DNA of 63,895 nt, the filler included, from Reticulomyxa filosa (Eukaryota; Protista; Foraminifera), in the NCBI GenBank assembly GCA_000512085.1. It is 23 parts of 23 records of this genome, joined end to end, with 100 filler letters (N's around TTAATTAATTAA, not from the genome) between each part and the next. Parts side by side here need not be neighbours in the genome. Positions count along the whole stretch, not along the records: positions 52,174 to 56,885 come from ASPP01009960.1; positions 56,986 to 58,495 come from ASPP01018967.1; positions 58,596 to 59,936 come from ASPP01022145.1; positions 60,037 to 62,762 come from ASPP01003959.1; positions 62,863 to 63,895 come from ASPP01024985.1; 18 more parts are not named here. The stretch is one strand, 5' to 3'. Positions 52,209-63,895 of the stretch are shown in pieces. The position numbers and the translations under genes were made by a program. Below the pieces are notes generated by a model. The model was not told the origin of the DNA, ran no database searches, and saw nothing but the letters and a program-made list of their open reading frames with translations. Each line of letters starts with the position of its first letter. The first letter of the stretch is position 1.

Positions 52209-53373
52209 TGGGAACAGCCTTTTATTTGGCCCCAGAGACGATCCGAAAGAGGACAGGATTCGAGTTGAAACGATCCGACTTGTGGACAATCGGAGTGATT
52301 ACATATGTGTTGGTAACGGGTCGCCCTCCATTTTGGGGAAGGGAAAACAAAGAAATCATTCGCAAGATAGTCCACGGAGTGGTTCGATTCCCAAACACAA
52401 TCAAACTAACAGAAAGCTGTCAAAACTTCATTTTGGGACTGTTGCAAAAAGACCCTAGAGATCGAATGTCTGCAAAAGAGGCTTTGCAACACCCTTGGAT
52501 CACTGGCGAACAAGCCACGCAGTACGGCGAAGAAATTCTATTTAATATCGCTGCCCTTGGCAAAGCAAGTTGGTTTATTTTTTTTTTTACTGGCTCAAAG
52601 AGAGGAGAGGAGGGGAGAGGAACAAAAGATTGAAATCCGATGTTATATATATGCATATACATATACATATACATATACATGTATAAGCATATATATGTGT
52701 ATATACCATACATATGTATCAATTGTTTTTTTTTTTAATACGAAAAAAGGTCAATTGAAACAGCTGATAGTAACAACAGTGGCCTCAAATTTAGACAACA
52801 AACATCGCAAAGAATATGAAAAACAGTTCAATGCAATCGATTTCAATAATGATGAATTACTTGATTGCGCAGATGTTGTGGCTTTTCTCGGTAAAGTCCT
52901 TCCAGATCTCAATGAATCAGATGTTCAAACAATCGCGAAAAGTTTGGTCGAAAATATAACTGGCAACCCCGATACGCCCATCACCAAATCGAATTGGGAT
53001 AATGCCAACGTCGCTAAGCTTCTTTCTTCTGAACATCTCATTGCCAGACAATTTAAAAGTTAAGAAAAAGGGGAATAACACATACAAAATAATAATAATA
53101 ATAAATACGCAAGTTAGTTCCAATTTTATTAAATATTCCCCCTTTTTTTTTTTTTTTTCCTTTTTTTGTGTGAGTTAAGAGTTGGATGTGGACGAAGACG
53201 GATTTTTGAGCGCTCAAGACCTCCTCCAAATCTTTGATGATTCGAATCTGGAACAACTGCGACAAATTATTGATGAAATTGATCTCGACGGAGATGGACA
53301 AATCAACTTTGAAGAGTTTAAACGTGCAATGCAGTTTCAGCCCGCCTACAGCTCTCCCAAACAAAAGCAATAA
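52209..53373 (+). CDS. Calcium-dependent protein kinase (kinase C-lobe plus EF-hand domain), 3 exons, 5' truncated
   Basis: GTAFYLAPE...[21 protein letters not shown]...[13 protein letters not shown], junction, then EF-hands [22 protein letters not shown] and [13 protein letters not shown]. Confidence 0.92.
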
Positions 53374-53859
53374 CATCTTCATAGTAAACGCACATCCAAA
53401 CATACTCTCTTTTGAGATTGCATGCAATGCGATGGGGGGCAATAACTGTACTACATGAAACGATTTTGTTGTTTTTCAGTGCCTTGCTGTATATAGATTG
53501 ACTTCGATTTTTTTTTTGGTTGCGGTGTCCGAGTTTGCTTGTCGACTGCTTCCATTTCTCAATCTTTTATCGGACCAATAATAGATCCTTTCCTTTTTGG
53601 CCCCAATAACTTTAGATCATATTTTTCCTTTCCCCCTTCTTAGCTTTTTGCTCTTCAAAAACTATGTTTTCATTCTCATGCGTTAAATAGTTCACATCAA
53701 AAACTACAAGACCAAGATCAATAATGTCCATCATTGCAAAAAAAACACGTTTATAGTTTTGCTGGCGAAACTTTTTTTTAGTCCCTTCTAAAAATTGAGA
53801 TTTTTTACAATTTTCTAATTTGATTGCAATTTGAAGTAAATTTTGTGCATTAGTTCAAA

Positions 53860-54715
53860 ATGGCCTTAAAAGATGTATTTTCGACAAAAGTGGCATTGAT
53901 CCTTCACTCAATCTTTTTTTCCTTGGCGTTGTTGCAGAGACAATTCGAACTTGGGTATGTGGTTCTTTGTAGAGAAAGATTTACAGGACAAATAAAACAC
54001 GACGAACATATTACAAACAACTTAGATTGCTTTGGTTTATTATCAATGTCTTTGTGTTGATCTTGTTATTGAGAGCAGTTTATTCTGAAACAGAAGCAAA
54101 CCGATTGATGTGTTGGTATTTCTACATCTTGTCGATTGCAACCGATTTAATATCATTTGCCACCTTTGGGCCTGATTTAAGTAGAGGAGATGGCTATGAA
54201 GAGTTTAATGAGGAAAGGAGAGATTTTCCTTAAATCAACGTGTATACGTTTTTTTTAGGTTGGGGGTCAAAGCAATAGAAAAAATTCAACAATAATAAAA
54301 ACAGCAAATCGACGCAACAATTTGTGCTCGTGATGGCGATATTTGCATTTATCCCAAAACCATTTTATGCGTTTTTCATGTATCGATTTATGAGAGATGA
54401 TGGGGTGAACTTTAAAGAAGGTTTGTCGCTGCTTTTTTTTCTCCTCCTAATCAAATTTGATGAATTTTGGGGGGTTTAATAAAAATTGAAGAGCGAAAAT
54501 TTTTTCTCCACTTTTTTATGTGCTCACAATCTCCCCCAATTTAAAAAATACAATAATAAATGTGTTGCTAATTTTTTTTCACAGGCTTCAAGAACAAACC
54601 ATTGGCGTCACAAACGTATGAACCAGTTCATGATCAACAGAGAGTGTTCACTGAAGTCAATAACCAACAAACTAATTACAGCGTTGTTACACCAGGGGAG
54701 GCACCAAAACAATAA
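53860..54715 (+). CDS. AGTRAP-like small multi-TM protein, 4 exons
   Basis: KVALILHSIF... | WFIINVFVLILLLRAVY...LSIATDLISF...P... | FVLVMAIFAFIPKPFYAFFMYRFMRDDG parallels AGTRAP (LKVILLGH...N..IL.LGVWAV...TIFLDI...F..GMAI...LLKP...Y...RERGG). Confidence 0.65.
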
Positions 54716-55067
54716 TTTGTTTATTGAATTGGTTTGGGTCAGTGTTTTTGTTTCTGGTCTTTTAAGTATCAAAGAAGAGAGACCAGCAACACCATTTAAA
54801 TAGTTTGTGTTTCATTGCTTGCCGCTGTCTTCAGCAGGTTCTTAATTATGAAATTTTAAAAGAAAAATAAGTCGAAATTGTTATTGGTTCTGAAAAACGA
54901 ATTTTAAGAGGAAAATTTTAACTAAGTAGAACAATATTTTTCTTATTTCAAGATTTTTTGTCGGCACAATTAGTTTCATAAAAGTAACTTGAGAATGTTT
55001 TCCATATATTTTCAGAACTAAAAAAAAAGTAAATTGAGCGATACACGCTTCATGTTGTATCAAATAG

Positions 55068-56792
55068 ATGACCGAACAAGAGTTGGATGTGGAGACAGAA
55101 GAAGATTTAATAGGCTTTATTGAAACAGTTTGAACGCACTAATAATGCTACGTCTGTGAAGAGAGACGACAGAAAGTAAAATTTTAACGTGAAAAAAAAA
55201 ATGAACAGGAAATAAAGGACGACGACAAAGAAGACGAAGACATTATCAAAGAAGAAGAAGAAGAAGAAGAGGAGCTATCGTATTCGGCGAGTAACGACGA
55301 AGAAAAAGAAACAAAAAAGACAAAAAAAGAAGAAGAAGAGGAGGCAGTATGTATCGAAGACAAAGAGACAGGGACGCAGGTGCTGTTAAGACAAACGACA
55401 TTTAGTACAGATTTGGCGAAGCATGTAGCAGGACGGAGAATAACAGTAAAGATGGACTCCCGTCAGCCCCCAATGTCGTCAACGCACATGGAATCGTATA
55501 TGGAGAAGATCCCAGAGTTGAAGGAGCAGAAATCGGTGAAAGGGATATCGATGAGCAACCTGATCAAAGAGAGTGCAGAGAACGTGGGAGGAGGAACATG
55601 AAAGAGGCAGTGATCCTGTATCATATTGAGTTCACCACATCGAAGGAGTTGTTGCAAGAGATTCGATGGATGTTTTGCAATGCACTAGAAGAGCACTCGA
55701 GTGACGCCGCAGCGGCGCAAAACTTTCGATTGCGACTGATCACATTAGTCAAAGATTGGATGCGAACGACATGGAGCGAAGACTTTGAGGAGAATGCTGT
55801 GGTGTTGCAAGAATTGGATGGCTTGCAAGAAGATATTCGCCGACTCTGCACCGACGGTGTAAGTAAAGCGCTGATTCAAAAATTGGAAAACACAAAAAAA
55901 GAGTTGTTTATTGAGTATCACCCGAAAACAAAGGAAGATCGGACATATGCACTGTTGCACACAAGCAAATGTAATAAGAAAAGAGATCGCTTGACACTGG
56001 AAAGTTCCAGTAATAGCAATGGATCTGAAATACGCAGTCAGAGAACTGTTCGAAGTGAAACTGCAACTGCCAGTCTGTGCGATTTGTCCTCTCAAATGTC
56101 CATTGGACGTCACAAAATCAATTCCGGTGGCACGGATTCCAATGCGGCCCGGTTGATTCCATTGTCCCCAGTTTCGTCTAATACCCCTTTAGTTTATGAC
56201 AACTCGAAAGAGGATGACGATGCTCGATCACATCAACAAAGTCAAGGCCAAGGCCAAGGCCAAGGGGACGTGGATGACAAAATCAAAACAAAAGACAAAA
56301 CAGAACAGGAATCAGACTCGCCCCTTTCGTTAACACCCACCTCATCGTTACGATCCAACAAGTCCAATTGGAAAGGTTTTTCTGATATGGTCAAACACAA
56401 AGTCAGTCGATTGCGCAAGTCCAATAGCATCGCCTCTGCGGAGGAGGCCCAGGTTAGTGGTAGCAATGGCAGTGGTGGTGGTAATAGTACTACTGGTAAT
56501 AATGGTGGTGATGACTCCACTTCCAACAAAGGCTTGCCCAAACACGGCTCACTCGAACCCACCACGTCCAATTCGCCGCGGTCGAATCCACGCTCGCAAA
56601 CCTTTGATACCGTCGCGATTGAACAATCCGTCGCCAATTACAACAAATGGTCCAACACAAATCGCAGTCCTGACAAACTCACGTTCTTAACCAAACACGA
56701 TGATATTCAGATCTATTGGAAATATGTCAAAAAAAATTTGGATCGAGCCATGCGAATCTTTTCCAAAAAGGACGCTACTGACGTTATCACTG
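55068..56792 (+). CDS. RasGEF-family protein, N-terminal REM (RasGEF_N) domain plus long disordered linker, 3' truncated
   Basis: AVILYHIEFTTSKELLQEIRWMF...FRLRLITLVKDWMRTTWSEDFEEN..VLQEL matches the REM consensus (FLLTYRSFTTP.ELL..L..RF...LRV..VL..W......DF); frameshift at 55595. Confidence 0.8.
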
Positions 56793-56806
56793 TTTTATAG
56801 TTTCGA

Positions 56807-56838
<32 letters not shown>

Positions 56839-57129
56839 CTCCCCCCCTCCTCCCTCCAATAATTTTGTAAAACGTTTAATAGAAANNNNNNNNNNNNNNN
56901 NNNNNNNNNNNNNNNNNNNNNNNNNNNNNTTAATTAATTAANNNNNNNNNNNNNNNNNNNNNNNNNNNNNNNNNNNNNNNNNNNNACACTAAAAATAAAA
57001 GATTTCATACCCAATGATATGAATACGACTCAACCTATATGTTATAACGACGACACCGTCCGACAACTACAACAAAAGCACCCGCTTGAACCTTCCTATT
57101 GAAATATTGTAATCTTTTGAAAGTGATTA

Positions 57130-58495
57130 GCAAGTCCGCAGGCTGCCTCCAATTCCCACACACAATGTCATATCAACTGATGAACTAATTGCATATACCA
57201 GAAAGCTTGGGAGAACATCCGCCAGTGGCGTAGACCTTTTTGCCTCCCAACATTTAATCAACCTGGTCCCTTTTGAATATGAATCTGGTACGCTGTCAAA
57301 TTGGGCCAAGGTGATCACATTAATAACCAATGGAACCGTTTGTGAAAGTGCTGCCCCAATTGCTTACGGCACAAGATTAATTGAAATCGCAAAACTTGAT
57401 GGTAGACCTAGACCAATAGCTATCGGATCCCTCTTAGAAGGTCATCAGGCGCCATTTTAATGAAGGGGCATGCCGACTGAATCCAAACTATCGTTGGTCC
57501 CAACTAATTTGGCATCAATGTAAAGGCAGGTATCGAATTATTTGCTCATGGATTTAAAGCCACATCCGATCAAAGGAAGACGCCGTCGCCATCAAAGTGG
57601 ACTTTAAAAACGCATTCAATGCTTGCAAAAAATCCAAAGTATTCAAATTGGTTAGAAAGCAAATACCAGAATTATTTGGATATGTCAAAGGCTGTTATGC
57701 GTCACATATCCCTCTGTTCCTGCCCAACCAATCCATCATCGAATCTTGCTCTGGAGTCCTCCAAGGTGATCCCTTATGGGTTACATTATTCGCCATAGTA
57801 TTGGCTGACACCTTGAAAACGGCACTCACAGGCTTGAATAATGTTTATCATGCCAGCCTATCACGATGGCCTGACACTCACGTCAACATCATCAACATCC
57901 CATCATATTAGCTATGACATCATTGGAAGCCCTCAAGGAATCGCATGATATAGAGATCAATTATTCCAAGACAGAATGGATCACGAATTTGATGACGTCG
58001 CCTCCTGGTCAATTCATTGGTATTACCAACAATACCACATTCGACACATATTTGGTTAGCGTTCCAATAGGAAGGGCATCCCACGTCGCCAGCGAAATGG
58101 ACACCAGACAGAAAGAATGGGAGTCGCAATTCGACAAAATTATAGCACTTAGATATTTGCAAACCATGCAGTTATCAAAAGTAAATTATTTTATTAGATC
58201 CAACTTTTCGAGTTATAACTCCGGATGGATCAAACCATGGAAGCGATTACGGCCCATCCAATCGCGACGCAACACTGGCCCCAATGTCAGCTCCCAATTC
58301 GACAAGGGTGCCTTGGATTGAAAACCGCGAGGCAATACTCCATTCATTGCATCCGCATTATCGTCATCAAAAATCCTTCAATCAATCCATAAGATATTCA
58401 AAGGAGTCAATTGGTTATTCACAATTGGAATGGACAATCCCATCCACGACTACAATACATTTACAGCCTATCGAGACAACATCATTGATTTGAAC
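57130..58495 (+). mobile_element. Decayed non-LTR retrotransposon reverse transcriptase (CRE/SLACS/R2-group-like)
   Basis: Motifs across frameshifts: SASGVD..ASQHL; RLIEIAKLDGRPRPIAIG; FGINVKAGIE; KVDFKNAFN; IIESCSGVLQGDPL..TLF; AYHDG (YxDD mutated); INYSKTE; QLPIRQGCLGL. Confidence 0.9.
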
Positions 58496-58904
58496 NNNNN
58501 NNNNNNNNNNNNNNNNNNNNNNNNNNNNNNNNNNNNNNNTTAATTAATTAANNNNNNNNNNNNNNNNNNNNNNNNNNNNNNNNNNNNNNNNNNNNTTAAC
58601 TTTTTGCAAATCAGGCGCAATCAACAGTAGAAATATTTCTCATTGTCAAATGAGATTTCGAGCAGAAGTTAAAAGATAGACAGTAAATAAGAGAATGTTT
58701 GATTAGAGAAAAATGGTTTGTTCTATACTTTCATGAGGCAAAATAATAATATTTGGAATATGCATTTGTTCACTCATAAAACAAAGAAAAAAAAAAAGCA
58801 GTCCTTTTTGTGAATTTTGGGAAGCGATACAAACACAAAAGGAGGTCAGTAGAAATAGAGAATTTACATATTTCACATAAAAAAAAGCAGAAAGAAAGTT
58901 GAAT

Positions 58905-59324
58905 TTACGTTTTTCCTCGTGGATCTTTTTGTGTGGGTACATTTGCAGGAGTGGGATTGGGATTATTTGTTTTGGAATGAAAAACAAGCCGTGAGGACAA
59001 ATTGATATTTTGGGGAGTAGCAGCAGTAGCAGCAGTAGCAGCAGTAGCAGCAGTGGAAGTAACAATAGCAGAGGTAGCAGTGACAACAGCAGCATTTGAA
59101 AAGACATGTGTTTTATGTTTGGTAGTGTCCTCATCTTGAGAGTCCAAAGTGACAGTTTCGCTAATGCCAGTAAGCGTAGTGGTGTCACTTGTCAAAGACG
59201 ACTCACTCATGGTGTCGTCCGACTCATGTCTGAAATGCCCCCCTCCCGATTCATGTTTCAAATCTAACGATTTTTCATGTTCTTTGGCGTCATGTCTATC
59301 TCTATCTTGAGTCGTCATCATCGC

Positions 59325-59356
<32 letters not shown>

Positions 59357-59925
59357 CTGTTGCTGCATTGGACAAAGTAACTATCGACGGGTTATTGTGA
59401 GTACCGTCATTCATGGACGACGCAGCTGCAGCGACAGAAGTATTGGCATTGGGCTCCTCCACCAAAGACGTTGTATCGGAAGTGAGACGCCACGACCCAA
59501 AAGGCTTTGTGGCGACGCCAGATAAGCCTGTGGCGATAACTCGTAAAAAGCCTTTGACTCCTTCTTTTTGAGCGCCCCCAATGGAGTCCATAACAGCGCC
59601 AGTGATGCCTGCGGCGACTCCACTGGTCAGTCTCGTGAATGTGGATTCACTGTTGTTGTTATTGTTATTGTTATTGTTATTGTTGTTGACAGAGTCGATG
59701 GAGGAGGATGATTGCTCTTCCTTCGATGCCGTCGACATCCGACTACCCAACAGCAACTCCAAAATGTCGCTATCAAAGTCGTCCACCGCTTTGCTCTCCT
59801 CGCCAAATGGAGTCACAAACTGCGTGTTCCACACGTGATTCGGCAGTCGTTCCGACAGTTCATTCACTACTTTTTTGCTATCTTCGAATATCGTCAACTG
59901 ATAGCATTCGATATCTCCATTTCTT
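58905..59925 (-). CDS. Internal exon of a low-complexity protein with an ATG2/VPS13 C-terminal (ATG_C)-like amphipathic motif
   Basis: GVAAGITGAVMDSIGGAQKEGVKGFLRVIATGLSGVATKPFG fits G..G....P..GA...G..GF..G...GL.G...KP; flanked by poly-N, poly-T and (AT)n runs. Confidence 0.5.
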
Positions 59926-60036
59926 TTTTTTTTTTTNNNNNNNNNNNNNNNNNNNNNNNNNNNNNNNNNNNNNNNNNNNNTTAATTAATTAANNNNNNNN
60001 NNNNNNNNNNNNNNNNNNNNNNNNNNNNNNNNNNNN

Positions 60037-60102
<66 letters not shown>

Positions 60103-60141
60103 CACATAAAAATTTTTTTTTTGAAAAAAAAAAATGGACAG

Positions 60142-61707
60142 AATTTTACATTAACGGTGATCGTGGAAGACGACACAAACACAACTGTGTTTTATAGCGG
60201 GAGCACTACATTTTCATTTGTCGTGGAAAATGCCCCTGTAGTCACCTCGTTGCAAGTGAGTCCCATTGCCCAAGGACCTGCTCTCTCTGTCTTCCAGGTG
60301 AATGTCGCCACCGCTGCGTATGGCGTAAATGGCCCTTACACGTTTTCACTGACCTTCCAACAAGGCGACGGCGATGAACAGGTGCTGGTCACAGATTCCC
60401 AATCCTCGTTTTTGTCAGATGTCACATTGCCCAGTGGACAGATCACCTTGTGGGCCTATGCCACTGATCTCTTTGGAGGGGTTGGCAGAAAAAGCACATT
60501 CATCAATATTACCTTCCCCAATGCTAACTATTCGAACGTTACTTGCAATGATATTCAGAACGCTGTTCAGTTGTCTTTGGCTCAAAGTGTGGCGGCAAAA
60601 GATTATTTGTCCATGGCATCTGTTGAGAACTTTTTTTTTTCTAAAAAAAAAAAAAGGGGGGGAGGGGGGGAACATGAGCAAAAATTTTTATTGCAGTAGT
60701 ATATAAATTTGTACATTTTATTTATTTTTAATGATTAAAAAAAAAAAAAGACGATAATAACAACTGTGACAACACTATCAAGTGAAAATCTTGAATGCAG
60801 TAACGTGGTGAATACAATGTATCTCAGTCTTCAAGAGATTGTTGATGATGTGAATTGGTGTAATACAGTTTCGATATACATATATGTGTGTGTGTGTGTT
60901 TTATTTATTTATTTATTTATTTTTTGAAATTGATCTATTCCTTATTAATTTATTTATTTTTAAATTTACATATATTAAAAAGACATTGCGACAGTCGGTA
61001 TATGAATTGAGTGGAGTGCAGACATCGCTGTCGAAAGCGTCACTCGATACATGGACAAATATATATGAGAGAATGTTCGATTCCAAATGCTTCAGTTATC
61101 GACCTCCAAAACAAGGTGATGCGAACAATGGCACGACTGACATGTTTCTTTCGATCTTGACGGCGGAAGCGATGCTCGCTTCTCCTGTTTTGAGTGAGCA
61201 AGAAATGACCATTGCTCTTGGGATCACAGACCGAACATTGGCTGTCGTTGCGCAATCCGACAATATCACTGCATATGGACAAGTCGTACGTAATGCCATT
61301 TTCACCGTTTTCAGCTTGTTGCAGTATGCAATCAGCACCAAACTCCCAGGTACTTCCTCCATCGTTAATTGGGAACATGCTTTGGGCTTGTATAACGCAT
61401 ACGCAATACGAGCACGTACAACTGCAGGTACAACACTTTTATTCAAAACTTTCATCTTTCAACATTTATTATTATTCACAATTGGTATTGCAAAAAAAAA
61501 AAAAGATATCAATGCCAAAAGTGAGGATTTTGTAGTCAATGTCCCCTCTGCGATCATTGCGCAAGGACGAAGCGACTTTGCACAGCTCGGGGAACAGTAC
61601 AACTCTGTGGACTTGTTTGTGATTGAAATAAGTGGAGATATGGCTGAACCATTAATGGGGGTCGTCATTCCGCCTTTGTTCAAACAAAATCAATTTTGTG
61701 GTATTTA

Positions 61708-61743
<36 letters not shown>

Positions 61744-62668
61744 GTACATATGTATATATACTACAAAACTATTTATCAACTAATATATATATGTATATGT
61801 GTGATATATCACAGCGAAAATGAACACTCCAGTACTATTCATTGCTCTTGACATGGATGCAAGCACCAACGACTTTGGGAAACAAGACATTACGTGGGAA
61901 TTGCCATTGCGTTCGTCTTTGATGTCATGCGCCAAGGGAGACTTTGGACTTAAACAATACAACAACATTAGTCAGACGACATCCATCTCGCCGACACACA
62001 ACGACAACAACAACAACGACGACGGCAATATCGAATATACCTTTGCTCAAATGTGTGGCTTTTATCATATGAACAGCGATGCTATAAGTGATTCTTGGGA
62101 CACCAAAGGATGCAAGCTGAACACTTCCAACACCAAACCAAATACACTCAGATGCAGTTGTAATCATTTGACTTATTTCGGAGGATTGGATACGTATCAA
62201 GGTTTGAATACTGTTGTTGTTGTTTTTTTTTTTTGTTTTATTGTATACGTCTGTTTCTCCATCTTTTTTTGGATAGTTGCTAATATAAAAAAATATATAC
62301 ATATACACATTAAATTAAATTGATGAATGAATGAACCAATGAGTGAAGAAATAAAACACAACGATAACACGGACTGGATGTCAATCTTCATTTATGCTAT
62401 TAGTTTGATTGCGGCGTTGGTTGCGATCGGTGTAGCGTGTGGTATTATCGCATTTGTCATTTTGAAACGTGGACATTGCAAGTTGGAGGTATCGACGTTT
62501 GTGTACTGGCTGTTAGCAACGGCATGCTTTTATCAAGCAGCTTATGTTTGGTATCTTTACCACTTGGAATATCAACTCATTTGGGATATTGTTTTGTCGT
62601 GTCTGCATTTCAATCTATTGACCATGTTGCTTAACACATGGTCGCGCATTGTTCGAGGTCTTGACAGT
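60142..62668 (+). CDS. REJ-domain + GAIN/GPS + multipass membrane receptor (polycystin/adhesion-GPCR-like), internal exons, both ends truncated
   Basis: REJ motif (APVVTSLQVSP...GPALSVFQV...PYTF...LPSGQITLWAYATDLFGG); helical region; GPS CGFY...WDTKGC...CSCNHLTYFG; then three closely spaced TM helices. Five GT-AG introns keep frame. Confidence 0.85.
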
Positions 62669-62719
62669 TAATATTTATGTTTTGATCCATTACATATATG
62701 TACATATATATATATATGT

Positions 62720-62762
<43 letters not shown>

Positions 62763-62939
62763 NNNNNNNNNNNNNNNNNNNNNNNNNNNNNNNNNNNNNN
62801 NNNNNNTTAATTAATTAANNNNNNNNNNNNNNNNNNNNNNNNNNNNNNNNNNNNNNNNNNNNTATATGTATACATATATACATATTTATATACATATATG
62901 TACATGTACATGTACATGTTTGTGCACTTGTATAAACAG

Positions 62940-63548
62940 CTCCATTCCTTGTTGGGTAATATTCGCCAAGATCGCCAAGTTGCAACCAGATTTTATCAAG
63001 GATTTTTGAAAGGGGTGTTACAAAAATTATTGCAAACAATGACCGACGATTTACACAAATCGGTGTTTTTATTGCTTTGTGAAATTTTACGAGAAATCTG
63101 CGTGGACATTCAAATGCCGAACGTATGCGATGACTTGGCTGGGTCTGGCACAAGTGGGGAGAACTCATCCTCCAATGGGGCCACCAACGGTGCTAACAAT
63201 CCCAATATTCGACACGTGGGGCAGTTGTTTTCGCGATTGCTGAGTGAAAAATTTTCCAATCTTACCTCACAAGTCGTCAACAACTTTGTCATGAAGTGCT
63301 TTCAGCTTGCGCGGCAAACCAAAGACAACAAAATAGTACTATCACAAGATAATAGTTCTCATCCTTTTGTTTTACATTGCCAAGATTTACTTGTCCAAAT
63401 CAAGGTATTTTTTTGATGTGTAACAAGGGGGGGAGGTCATTTAATTATGACCATTTTTTTTTGTGTGATAGAATATGTACATATATACATGTATACATAT
63501 AATAATTTCAAACAGCAAGTACACCAAGCCGCCAACACGAGCACCTAA
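62940..63548 (+). CDS. XPO1: Exportin-1 (CRM1)-like, C-terminal exons
   Basis: LHSLLGNI...ATRFYQGF...LQKLLQTMTDDLHKS...N...LLSEKFSNLT...FV...F..HCQDLLVQIK aligns with the CRM1 C-terminal HEAT repeats (LLQNV...FYQTY...VVTD.SH...AFPHL...HLRDFLVQIK). Confidence 0.82.
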
Positions 63549-63895
63549 TAAATCCTTGTTTGTTCCAAAGACTAACAAACTCTATTAATTCACAAATAAC
63601 AATACCTGCCCTTTGCTCCTTTTTTTGTTTTTTCTAATCAAAACATTTATTATTGTTATTATTATTATGTGTATTCTTTGCACTTTCTTTATCTCCTCGT
63701 CCTCCTCCTTTTTCCTCTTCCCCCTCCCTTATTCCTTCTCAAACGCAACTAAACAGTTGGTTTTTTCATATAAAAAAGGTGCAATACCCGGGCATGACGG
63801 TTCATAGGCATTTGAGTTTAGTGGATTATTGTTTAATGGAGAAGCGTTTTAACATAAAAATAAATCAAATAACAAATAAAAATTAAAAAAAAAAA

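Noticed and set aside
52381-52392. GGTTCGATTCCC resembling a tRNA T-loop (also GGTTCGAAT at 26401)
   Set aside because: Lies inside kinase and eIF3f coding exons with no cloverleaf around it.
56242-56690. Long antisense or overlapping ORFs here and over the TPR, EamA and REJ genes
   Set aside because: Shadow ORFs of GC-richer, low-complexity coding exons with no independent motifs.

Overview
This is not one continuous locus. It is 23 short eukaryotic contigs joined by an artificial 100-nt linker (N44-TTAATTAATTAA-N44), so adjacency across a linker means nothing. The DNA is AT-rich and intron-containing and most consistent with a rhizarian foraminiferan of the Reticulomyxa filosa type. The evidence is the Rhizaria-diagnostic one-residue insertion at a polyubiquitin junction ([10 protein letters not shown]) and expanded WD40 and Kelch-like beta-propeller families with many pseudogenes. 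Recognisable genes, many partial: KCNAB-like aldo-keto reductase, p24/TMED, a divergent SKP1-like protein with a 16-nt microexon, Rab GDI/REP, an RNF213-like fragment, RRP12, eIF3f, several WD40s, a cytochrome b5-domain protein, an EamA/SLC35G transporter, a long TPR protein, a secreted serpin, CDPK, AGTRAP-like, RasGEF, a REJ-GAIN/GPS-multipass receptor and XPO1. Mobile DNA: a decayed CRE/R2-group non-LTR reverse transcriptase and a TA-flanked 624-bp foldback MITE. The most interesting observations are (1) a polycystin-type REJ+GPS ectodomain joined to a GPCR-like membrane bundle without PLAT, (2) a shared helical 'HWxR..GWI.EF' exon on WD40 proteins that, with the truncated SKP1-like adaptor, suggests a birth-and-death cullin substrate-receptor repertoire, (3) many splice acceptors with poly-A instead of a polypyrimidine tract, and (4) recurrent one-base-missing frameshifts in conserved genes, most likely sequencing error but testable. 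All gene models were read by eye; no searches were run.
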